Positions 23,404 to 34,190 of a DNA stretch of 64,000 nt are shown piece by piece; the stretch's first letter is position 1; every line of letters begins with the position of its first letter. Source of the DNA: Setoptus koraiensis (Eukaryota; Animalia; Arthropoda); contig CM106586.1 in the NCBI GenBank assembly GCA_048013815.1, positions 16,120,001 through 16,184,000 on the forward strand. The letters are read 5' to 3'. The position numbers and the translations under genes were made by a program. The notes under the pieces were generated by a model. The model ran no database searches. It was not told the DNA's origin and was given only the letters and a program-made list of their open reading frames with translations.

Positions 23404-24453
23404 GAGTACCTGGCCGTGTCGCACGAGTGACTGTGGCGGGCCCAGCCGCCGGGCTCCAGTGAGATCTGTTATTCCGGCGAGGCCCAGTTAGAGCCACGGT
23501 GGATGTGCGAGCCGCTCGCACAATTCGAGTGGCAATTTCCAGCGATTGAGCGGGCCAAACTGTGACGGCGTCACAATGTCATAATCGTCTGGATCGTCTG
23601 TCTGGCCGACTCAATGTCGACCCAACACGACGACGACACGTACTGGCGCGTACTCGCTGTCATTTGTGTCTGAGCACAGTTCATTGCACCGAGTGACAGT
23701 ATGTTGTGAGTCGCCCGCCAAGACACAAACAAACGAACGCATAAACAAACAAACAAACAAATAAACAAACAAATAAACAAACTTGACTCGACTCGACTTG
23801 ACTTGTCGCAATCATCTCTGATAGCAGTGCTCTCTCACTAATCGATCTTGCTCCAAATTACAACGACTAAACTAATTGTCGTGGCTCGCAAGCACAAGCT
23901 TGACATTATTTTGATATTAGGCTCAAGTGAGGCGAACAAAAATAACAAACATCTACTTTGTGTGCATCGCATTTGTTGGCTCGCTTAATGGGCTCCCTCA
24001 TTTGATTTGGTCGGCGTTGTGTGGCGCAAATAAAGTTGAACTGTTTTTCTTGTTGTCGTTCAATTATACAACACAACACAAGGGCAACAAGACGGGCCGA
24101 CGTGTGGCGCTGAGGTCCGCGTGCCAGTTGGCCCCACAGAGGACAAAATAAAACAACGACGACGCGCCAACGTTTGTTTGCCAATTGTCCAGCTTGTCAC
24201 ACTTGGCTAGACAACAAAAAACGCCAGCCCAATCAGTCCCGTGTGTCAGCGTATGGCCAGCACCAGTACATAGGGTCGTTGGCGCAACACAGGGCCGCTT
24301 GCTGTTGCTGCTTAATTGCTTATTATATGTATTATGTTCAATAATTTAGTGTAGTTAGCAAGCGGGCGCAAGCATTTGTAAAGTCTAGGCACGTACACAT
24401 GCAATCTAATGAGACAAATTATTGCGCACCAATGTTAACAAATAATTGGCATT

Positions 24454-24457
<4 letters not shown>

Positions 24458-24485
<28 letters not shown>
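24458..24485 (+). repeat. (AG)14 microsatellite, GAGA-type
   Basis: Read directly. A (CT)n tract at 24710-24729 follows and forms part of the polypyrimidine tract of the 24760 acceptor. Confidence 0.95.
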
Positions 24486-24488
<3 letters not shown>

Positions 24489-24780
24489 GCCCCATTCCCG
24501 GCTGCAACCAACCACTTGGGCGAGCTTAATCAACTGACCAATATATAGTCGCACTGTGAGCGCTCAGATATTGATTGGATCGTGAAATTGATTTTTGATT
24601 ATGGGTGGCCACTTTTTTCTTTTCAGTCCGCCACAAACAAACATCAAGCAGACGCAGTCAATCCAGTGCAACGGACAACCTCAAACTGACCAATTTCATT
24701 GTTTGCCCACTCTCTCTCTCTCTCTCTCTGCGCCGCGTTTCCCCGCTCTCAAATTATCAGACCAGAATGACCATTAATGT

Positions 24781-27700
24781 ATGGTCAGCACCATGGACCA
24801 GCCACCTCAACTAGCAGACGAACAATTGCCTACAGATCGCACAGCATGCCGAATAGATATTCAGGGTGTGCAGCCCCAGTTGGACGAATGCCAATCGAAG
24901 CGATATGTTGATGGTTTAAGTGACCACAAGTTGGCCGGCGTCAAATCGGCAAAATTCAAATTATTGGAACATCCTTTGGATCATTTAGAGAGAACAATAT
25001 TGATTAGTTTGGCATTGTCAATTGTGTTCACACTGTTGGCATTAATATCCGGCCTACCTATTGTTTTTTTGTTGTTTGTTGTGTCTTTACCGATATTGCT
25101 CATAAAACACACCATATATTATTGTGCCAATACAATTTTTAGCACCAACATTTATCAGAAAAGTCGCCAAAGTAATGATTGGAAATATTGTCCATTAAAC
25201 TATTTAGAATCGTATTGGTTCAAACCGGAACTTGTTAATCAGTGTCTACTTTTTACGGAACAAAATGTAACTTTAGATGAATTGCGTCAATTGATACGTG
25301 GCAGTATATTGCAAGAGCCAGAATTTAGGAAATTCAAAGCACGAATTGTCACGAGACGTTTCATTTTCAGCTCATTATATTGGCAGTGCCTAAGCGAATC
25401 GGATGGAGCCCTGAATTCAAAATTGGTTGAGCCCGCTGATCCAGCTGACACAGTTATCTCAATGGGGTCCGATGACGCAACCGACAACAACAATAACAAT
25501 AGCAACAAATTCTCGCTAGAAAATCACATACTCCAGGATGAGCCCATTACATCAAGAAGGTCATTGAGGAAGAGAAACTCTCACCTGTTGAATGTGCCTT
25601 TGCCAACAGATAAGCCACTATGGCAGATTAGACTGGCCACGGCCACTTACGTCAATCAATGTGTGATAATTGTCCGCTGTCACCAGGTAATAATGATGAA
25701 GCTTTTATTACGACTAACTCTTCGCCTCTTAATTATACTAATTACTAATTTGTTACTACATTTCAATTGAATCATTTGCACGCTCAACCAGAGTCTTGCC
25801 GACGGCAGCAGATTGATCGCTATACTCATCAAAAGTGGCCTGATAAATCAAAACAAGAGCTCGATTAATCCAATTAATAGCAACAGCAACAATAGATCGT
25901 GGCAACAAATTATTCAAATGAACCGACAACGCTTTGTCAATAGTGCATCGCACACTTCAAACATACTTAAAGCCTGCATAGTGGGACCATTCACCTGTTT
26001 TCTCTGGTGCATATGGGCCTTTTCGCGTCGCAATTACAATCATTTGAATCCCACTAACACCGGCAACAATGATAATATTAATGATAGTGTCGACAACAAT
26101 GACTACAAACGTTTTTACATGTCTAGCTACAGTTTTGCAAAGGTGTCCCGAGTGAAAGAGGTGACTAAAAGCACATTTAGCGAAGTGATATTATGTGCCT
26201 TATCCGGTGCGCTGAGAGATTATCTGAGGCGAGAGTGTTGCGTTGACAATCCACCAAATATGAACATTGGCCTGACAGTTGATATGAGGAGCCAGTTTAG
26301 TGGGGGTAATGTCAACAAATATATTAGTAAACGGCAACGGCAAACAACTCGTTATGTTCTAGTCAACGTACCATTGCCCATTGCAGTTGAGGGTGCCATA
26401 CCGAGATTATGGGAAACGCGTCACATTATGGAGGAGCTCAAAAGTTCAGCCGATCCGTGGGTTATGTTGGGATTTCAGTATTTTCTATTTATGTTTTTGC
26501 CACTTAAATGGTACATTGATGTGGTAAATTTTATTGTCCACCGGAACTCGTCGCTTTGTGTGTCCAATATCAATCAGCAGAGTTTCATCTATCAAATGGC
26601 CGGCTTCAGCAGAAGCGCAGCGGATATTAGTTGTGGCGAGGATGCTGGCGCTGCCAACATGGATCGGGAACAATTAAAATTATTGACAATCGGCAACAAA
26701 AAAATAACTAAAATATACTTTTGTTTGCAGCCACCAACCAAGAAGATGCCCGTCTCGTTCAATTGTATCACATACAACGACACTATATTTGTGTCGTGCA
26801 ATTCAAAGTCGATACACATTGAAGATTCCAAGAAATTGATCGGGCTGTTTTTCAAACAATTGAATTCACTCAGTTTACTATTGGGCAAGAAAAAGATACC
26901 TGGCACGGTGAGAATGTTTACGCTGAGGCCGCCACAAGAATCGCAAGATACTCAAGATTTGCAAGAACAACGAGTGCCTTTGAAAAGTAATGCGCATCAG
27001 CACCGGGACGATCAGCATCCGCTCTCTTATGATCTATTCAAATTAATCAATTACCCAATGACGTCTCTCACGACACCTACATCTGTCTCTGTTGATTTCA
27101 TTGACAAAACATGTGATTACACCAATTTAATGACCAAGTGCGACTGTGACTATTGTTGTCATTTTAACAGTGCAAATAACCAATTAAACAAGACCATGGC
27201 ATCATCTTTGTCGTCATTGGTTCGATCAAAACCCAAAAGTTTGATACACAACAGATATTGTGAGATACTCAACAAGCGTTCAGACAATTCCTTGTCATAT
27301 TGCAAGCAAACTGTACCATCTAACTCTCAGCCTTCGTTGTGTCATGATAATTCATCATCTCGTTTGAGTTGCAGCAACGACGATAATCAGGCAAAATATT
27401 TTGGCCAATTAACGAGAAAAAACAAAACTTCGGGCAGTTTGAGTCGTCTAGAAAATGTCACAAATTTAGACTCAAACACCACAGGTGGACTGTTGGCGGA
27501 AGTGGACACAGATGGAACGGTCAAGTCGGTGAAACGTCAATTGTTGAGTGACAGCAAAAGACGAAGATCTTTGTTTGGAGCAACAGAGCACCATACACAT
27601 AGTGTTGTTGTGCAAAAGGTAGGTTCATAAAATTGAATTGTTAGTTTAATTTCATTACTATTCCTTTGTGTCTCCAGTTGAATAAACAGTTCCACTTTTT

Positions 27701-27907
27701 TGCATAATCTGATCCAATAATTTATCGCAGAACGACTCAGCCGACGACAAATTCAGGCATCTGAGATACCCCACCAATAGAAAACTTTCAGTGATTGGTC
27801 TGGCGGTGGGACCAGGAAGAAGAACGAGCTTGGTGCCGTTTGGTTCAATAGCTCAGCCAAATATACCCAAATCTTATTCGGGCTCCTCCAATGAGACAAA
27901 CGTGTAA
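24781..27907 (+). CDS. Wax ester synthase/diacylglycerol acyltransferase (WS/DGAT)-family protein, membrane-anchored, about 969 aa; catalytic motif altered
   Basis: Coding exons are 24781-25686, 25792-27618 and 27731-27907 (GT-AG, all phase 0). It has an N-terminal hydrophobic segment, PLPTDKPLWQIRL (cf. PLDxxxPLWxxH), a spliced RCHQ|SLADG (cf. HHxxxDG), STFSEVILCALSGALRDYL (cf. TxNDVxxAxxxGALRRYL) and a DUF1298-like C-terminal region. Confidence 0.8.
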
Positions 27908-28044
27908 TTGAGATATGGTACGGATCTTGCTCCTCGAATGGCGAATAGATCTGAAACACTGAAATGTCAACTAAACAAGAGTTGGCGAAGAAACGGATAT
28001 GTCTTTTAATACAAAATATACAACAACAAAATAAATATCACTCA

Positions 28045-29919
28045 TCATACATTTCTCAGTATTTGCTGAATAAGTTTTTCAGGTTCCTCCATCTGGATTG
28101 TTCTCGCAAACACATTTAATAGTATTTGTTTATCACGAGTAACAACATCGTAAATTTGTTTGTGCTCTATGATATATTTGTTCGCAACTCTTCTAGCGTC
28201 TTCACGTTCTTCGCATATAGCTTGTAAATCTCTTTCTAACTGCGATCTCAATTGAGGTCGCGTCAAATGTTTAAATTGCATATCATCGTATCCATCATAT
28301 AAAGCTAAGCCAATTTTGCAAGGCACGAAATAGATACGTCTCATCTTCTTGACATAGTTTCTCTTTTGTACCTTGTCAATGAGATCCGCATGGGTGGCAT
28401 CCGTGCCTATTCCATGTTTTTCCATAAGAGATATCAATTCAGATTCTGTCAGTGGCATAGGATGAGTTGTCTTACCATCAGACATCATAATAGAATCAGG
28501 AACAAATTGTTCACCAGATTGAAATCTTGCTATCTCTTTGGCATTCCATTTAAAATAGGGATAAACATCAAGGTAATTGCGCTCTTGAATAATCAGACCC
28601 TTGCAATTGAATTTCTCGCTATTGACATCGATCTCAACATCTGTCTCAAATCCAACAGCATCCTTACTCACGCAAGCTAGAAAGTGTCGACTAATTAAAT
28701 GATAAAGACTGCGTTCCTCAGGACTTAATTCTTCATCTCTAGCAAGTCTAGTGGGATGTATGGGAGGGTGAGCGTTATCAGTTTTTTTTCCTTGCCTGGG
28801 ACGGGGGCCGCCATTATCTAATATGCCCTGAGCAAAGGTGCCCCATTCTGGATGTGGAGTATGATTTTGTACCAATGGTATCAGATTCATACCTTTTGGG
28901 AATATATTTGTTTCTGTTCTTGGATAACTTATTATACCTTTGTTATACAATTTCTCGGCTACATCCATGGCCCTTTTGGCTGTCATTCTTAATTTTGTGG
29001 ACGCAAGTTTCTCCATGGAAGTAGTGTACATTGGCTGAGGTCTATAGTTGAGTTTTTGTTTACCTTTCACTTGTGTTACAAGGGCTCTAGGATTATCCAT
29101 CATCCTAAAATACAGCGCAAGGCATGAATTTTCATCGAAGAGTCTCACTCTTTTCCAGTTGAAGTTCATTGCTATATTATCGCGGGTATATTTGAGATCT
29201 ATGTACCAAAAATTTTGTGGTCTAAAGTTGAGTATTTCTTTGAAGCGAGATATAACAAATCCTATTGTTGGAAACTGGCATGGACCATAGCTGACAACAT
29301 CTTTGCCAATAAAATTTGAAAAGCGTCTTTGCAGTTCGATCGTTTGAAATCTTGTAAATATAGCTCCGAATCGTAAGTCTAGCTCCTTTCTTGTGTCGAC
29401 CGCTTTGGAAACATTGGCATCGGGTGCAATCAATCCCCCTAAAGCTATATTCATGGCTCTGGGCGTAATCTCTGAGAATCTCGCCCTGAGTATTGTGAGA
29501 TTCCTCTTGAGGGCCAAACAGACTCTTATTATCTGAAATCCAATATTTTCTCCTTCTCTATCACCGTCAGTCCATATAATGAGAGCCTCGCAGCTTCTCA
29601 CCTCCCTTTCGAGTGTCCTCTTGATTTGTTTGCCTGAATTTCCGCCAATCACCTCTATCACTGTTGCATCAAACAATTCTTTCGGATTACAACTGTGCCA
29701 TCCTCTGTAACGTTCGTCAAACTCCAATTCCATTAGATGGCCACTGACTGACGTCATAGTCATGTTACATTGTCCGCCTAATGTGGGTATAGTGGCCTGA
29801 AAATCGTAGACTTTGTTGAATTTAGAGTAGCCCTCTCTCCTTGAGGCTGTCCCCCTGGATATAATGTTGGATATGTTTTTCGCTGCATCATTCTTTTCTG
29901 CCACATTCAAAACTTTCAT
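28045..29919 (-). CDS. Top3a: DNA topoisomerase III alpha, 624 aa, single exon
   Basis: It has KVLNVAEKNDAAK (alpha-type TOPRIM start), LIIWTDGDREGENIGF, SYGPCQFPT, the catalytic ISYPRTET and HPPIHPT. Confidence 0.96.
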   Translation of the reverse strand: MKVLNVAEKNDAAKNISNIISRGTASRREGYSKFNKVYDFQATIPTLGGQCNMTMTSVSGHLMELEFDERYRGWHSCNPKELFDATVIEVIGGNSGKQIKRTLEREVRSCEALIIWTDGDREGENIGFQIIRVCLALKRNLTILRARFSEITPRAMNIALGGLIAPDANVSKAVDTRKELDLRFGAIFTRFQTIELQRRFSNFIGKDVVSYGPCQFPTIGFVISRFKEILNFRPQNFWYIDLKYTRDNIAMNFNWKRVRLFDENSCLALYFRMMDNPRALVTQVKGKQKLNYRPQPMYTTSMEKLASTKLRMTAKRAMDVAEKLYNKGIISYPRTETNIFPKGMNLIPLVQNHTPHPEWGTFAQGILDNGGPRPRQGKKTDNAHPPIHPTRLARDEELSPEERSLYHLISRHFLACVSKDAVGFETDVEIDVNSEKFNCKGLIIQERNYLDVYPYFKWNAKEIARFQSGEQFVPDSIMMSDGKTTHPMPLTESELISLMEKHGIGTDATHADLIDKVQKRNYVKKMRRIYFVPCKIGLALYDGYDDMQFKHLTRPQLRSQLERDLQAICEEREDARRVANKYIIEHKQIYDVVTRDKQILLNVFARTIQMEEPEKLIQQILRNV

Positions 29920-30199
29920 TTTACCTTGACAATGAAGTAGATTGAAATAGATATTTTAATGATAATGATGATCGACAGAAACTAACAATATTTACTATGC
30001 AACAACGTGTATTAATGATGCAATTGGTGTAATGTTTTATCATTACAAAAACACAATATGATGTCGGTATAAACTGAAACACATGGCTTGGCATTTGCGC
30101 GATGCGGCGTTTGTGCACTGTGCCGTTGCACAGTTTGATAGATCAGCGAACACGTGCAGTTCTATTTGTGGTTCATTTCATTTTTCGTCCGACATGACG

Positions 30200-30367
30200 T
30201 AGCTCCCCCTGTTGTGGGGCCCCTGTACTACAGGGTGTGACGTAAGAAAGTGTCGTACCCGTAGCACCATCACTCTAGATATCTAACGGGTACAATATAC
30301 GTTCTATCGCGGCTGGATCTTTATTTTTGATACTGTGATCCGTATGTATTGATGGTCAGGTAAGTGT
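30200..30367 (-). ncRNA. Possible U1-like or other structured small RNA (speculative)
   Basis: ACACTTACCTG at positions 1-11, GATCAC at 28-33 and ATTGTAC at 72-78, plus a 7-bp helix 12-18/96-102. No canonical Sm site is present. The segment could instead be the cyclase 3' UTR (AATAAA at 30325-30320). Confidence 0.15.
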
Positions 30368-30436
30368 TGGCCCGTATAGGCGATTTCGCTGTTGCAAAAT
30401 AATGCAAAATAACAATGAGCTAGATAAAATTGTCGA

Positions 30437-33400
30437 CTAACTTGCAAGACCGTTAAGCCAATAGGTTGTGATGGGTTTTCCATCGCGTGTAATTCTTGGC
30501 TCCCTGTTTGTGATTGAAAAGCCTCCTGTTTTCTCTAACAAGTTACGCGATTCCTCTGTCACATGCAACTTCATGGGCAGGCCACTAGACTCCATGAATC
30601 TTGCTATCGAGATTGTCTCTCCGAACAAGCAATATTTGGGCATTTCAACTCCAACTAAACCGGCCACACAAGGCCCAGAATGAATGCCCACTCGCATCTG
30701 CAATTGACTAGTGGGTTTGTGTTTTATCTTGAATTTGCTCACACGATCCCTTAAATGTATAGCCATTTTTGCAATCTCATTAACATGCTCAATTCCATTA
30801 CGATTCGGTAGACCACTGGCAACAATGTAGGCGTCGCCTATAGTATCAACTTTAAATGTGTCATACTGTTCGAGTGTCTCATCAAAGCATGAGTATAAAT
30901 CAGACAAAAAATCTATCACCTGGATGGGTGTCGATTGTGCTGAGAGACAAGTGAAGCCAACAATATCAGAGTAAAATACAGTTATACAATCAATTGCTTC
31001 CGGCTCAATAGTTTGTCCCAATTTCATGAGCTCAGCTAGACTCTTGGGAACAAATTGATACAAAATCTCTTCAGTCTTTGCTTTCTCTTCCATGATTGTC
31101 TGCAATTTAGCATTGACCATATTCTCCAAATTGTTTGTATATTGTTCCATTCTACCAGTGAGATTCTCCAGAAGCTTTTTTGACGTTATTCCTTTGGTTA
31201 AACGCCTCAAAGCTGCTCGTGTTGTTTGACCATCCGGTCGTTTGGTGGGATTTTCGTCCCAACATGCTTTTACAAGTTCAGCAAGTTCGTTATTACATTG
31301 CATGTTCGTTATATCTGGTCTGAGCGGTTCATGGTTATCGGAATGACTTGGGCCAACCATGATCTTGTCTAAAATCTCTCTTAACTGTTTGTCACTTTCA
31401 TCCGTTACTTGAGCATCGTCTCGAAGTTGAAATGGTCGCTCATTTGTTATAATTTCGTAGAGAATTATACCAAATGAATATATGTCGCCCTTTTTTGATC
31501 CACCCTTGTTATGTCCGGATGATCTCAGATGCTCAGGCGCCGTCCAGATTCTTTTTCTCATTACAACATCTTCCTCGTCTTCTTCGTCAATCTGTTTATA
31601 AACAGATCGAAGACCATAATCACTCAATTTGACCATGAAGCGTGAATCTACAAGACAATTGGTTGTTTTTAATCTACCATGGAACTCGAGCGGGCTACTA
31701 TGTAGATAATTCAAGCCCTCAATTATGTCATTCATTATAGAATACTTGAATGTCCAGTCAATAACAACTGTTTCGTTGTCGAAGAATTCTCTTAAACTGG
31801 CTTTAGGACACAATTCCAGCACCAAAGCGCCATAAAGCTCGTCACTTACAACACCAATAAATCGGCAGAGGTTAGCATGATTCAAATCTTTTAGCTTGCG
31901 ATGAGATTGACATAGATAGATAAATTAATCTAGATGCTCGCCCATGAATCTATACAGAGAGAATGAGGCAGGTGAAAACTTACCATTCTCAGATCCATCA
32001 TAACCTTGCGTGATAGTCGCAATTTAGGTATAGGTCTGATTGCAACTCTAAACGATTTGTACACACCAACACTTATTGTATCGCTAGCTATCTTAACTGA
32101 ACTAGTTGGCATGGATGACGATAGGCCACTTTTTATGATTGTTGATACATTGAGGCTTTTGTTATTGATGGAAATGATTGATTTTGTTTTGCGATCAAAT
32201 GAGCTCACAGTATCAGATCCTATTTCCTTGTGACGTTCACTTTCATAATTAGGATAACCTTCGATCTCGTCTATAGAAATTCTCCACCAGTTGTCCACTA
32301 GTTGTGATTCTATATTAATTTGTTTGTGCACCAGATACATGGCGATTGTCATTGCCATTATGACCATCAAAGCTACCAAAAGAACTGTTAAAGTAAACCG
32401 AGACAATGTGTAGGTGCAACTATTGGTCAGGTTGCAATCAGGTGTATCAATAGTTGGACCCGCAACTAAAAAGATAATAGAAGTAGAAAATAAGACTTAA
32501 TAGAATCGGTAGCAGGTACTTTTTGCATTGATTGACTTTATAATTTTGATAATTTATCAGCTTACCCGACAAATCTGAAGACCAATGTATACGACCGATT
32601 CTTTCAATTGTGCGCCGTCTACCATTGAATAGTATCACTGGCTGGAATGAACCAGTCAATTGATTCATGTCGTCTAAAGTATAGTCGGCCTCTCGATCTC
32701 CGTTTTCATTGATATAAACTGTACCAGACAGCAATTTGTTAATTGTGGAATTCCACAGTGATCGTGTCACAAACTCATGCCTATCTCTCAAATCGTAACT
32801 TCGATTTTCATGACGATTAAGATGGTCTAAACTTGATGAAACCGGTAATTGCAGTGTCTGATTGATGGCAAATGCATACATTAGAATGCAATCGTAGAAT
32901 GAGGCTGAAAAAGAACTGATTGACACATCTTCAGTCACTTGCGTGGTCCTGATATCTTTGCTCACATCATTTACGTAGAATATATAATCATTAGTGAGAG
33001 GTACTTTTACATAGATAGACATCAACGACTCAAATGCTTTTTTAGCTTGCTTGTTATGTTTTGATCCGGGCTGGTACCATAGAAGATTATTGTTACTACC
33101 TTGCTGTAATTCAATGAGTGGAACATTCAAAAATGTATACTGACCATTGGCCATTCCAATATTATGAGCATTCAATAGAATTTGTCGAAGATGAACTTGA
33201 TTAACAAGTAGTAGTATAATCCGACTGAAAGTTGCAGCTTGTCGCAAAACATTTTTAATGAATTCGTCCAAATTTATTAGCTGTTGTGCCGTGTGCGCTA
33301 CCTCAGAACCGATTCTCTGACTTCTGTTAGATTTGTAATCACTAGAATTAATCGAACTTCGTATGTTTATCATTTGTGTACTCAAATGTACCTCGTATAT

Positions 33401-34093
33401 TGAACGATGTTGGTATGAAGTTAGTTGCTGTTGGATGCTATCTTTAACCGCTAAACTATTTGAGTCTGTTTCATCGACAATCATGGCTATGTTAACCCAT
33501 TTGAATGATTTAAAAATCTTGAATAGAAACTCAACTGCTCGCTCGAAAGAAAACGCAACACGTGTTAGTGTCTTGAACAAAATCTTATCGCTCAATTCAG
33601 GGCCGATTCCGGCAGCTGTCATAACAGGTATCTGCCATGACGAGGCCATGTGCGAAACACTCTTTATAGCCTCATCACAACCGGAAACAATAAACAATCT
33701 TGCATCATTTACAAAATATTCTTCGGCTGCTACAGCGCTAGCATATTGATTCGAGCACGAGCCTGCATTCCTAAGAGTAAGTTTCAATTTTAAGTTTGGG
33801 TGGTACAAGCTATTCACTTTATCTATAGCTAACCTTATAGTAGATTCGAATACTTTGCCTTGAATAGGCAACTCGGCTTGATCGACGAAAATACCAACGA
33901 CAACAATAGTATAATTTGATAACTCACTGTGATGTTCATTCTTCATTGAAAAACTTATAGCGTGGCAGTTTATTATGATGGATATAGTTATTGCAGCCGA
34001 TAGTGCTGCCACGAACTTGTTTGTACATAGATGCATTTCGAAGGTCTTGAAGATGTTTCCATCTGCCATCTGTGAGAAGATTGTTATATACAT
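30437..34093 (-). CDS. Receptor (membrane) guanylyl cyclase, NPR-like architecture; catalytic residues degenerate
   Basis: Exons are 34093-32566, 32465-31984 and 31894-30437 (GT-AG, frame conserved). It has an ANF-receptor-like ectodomain, GPTIDTPDC juxtamembrane, a TM helix, kinase-homology FHGRLKTTNCLVDSRFMVKLSDYGL, a coiled coil and the cyclase SDIVGFT...IGDAY. The true start may be 34069 or 34036 (signal peptide follows). Confidence 0.92.
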
Positions 34094-34190
34094 TGAATGA
34101 GATCTCTAATCCTTCAAAGTCCATGGTTTGGTATCGTGGCATCTATCTAACCTAATGATTATTGTCACGCCATTTAAAAAAAAAGACCTC

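Larger units (their letters stand above)
9400..24760. other. About 15-kb non-coding block, GC-rich from about 13 to 23.5 kb; probable 5' UTR intron(s) or regulatory region of the WS/DGAT-like gene
   Basis: It contains only short low-complexity ORFs. There is a + strand donor AA|GTGAGT at 10323, and a strong acceptor ((CT)n...ATTATCAG) ending at 24760, just before the WS/DGAT ATG. Confidence 0.55.

Noticed and set aside
12340-24200. Dozens of 60-320-aa ORFs on both strands in the GC-rich block (e.g. 16982-17845, 18895-19851)
   Set aside because: They overlap in all frames, are Ala/Arg/Gly/Pro-biased, run through microsatellites and show no recognisable domain. This is expected from stop-codon scarcity in GC-rich DNA.
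27753-27959. 68-aa minus-strand ORF that might have been a further Top3alpha exon
   Set aside because: No zinc-finger motif in any minus frame. It is antisense to the in-phase terminal exon of the WS/DGAT-like gene.
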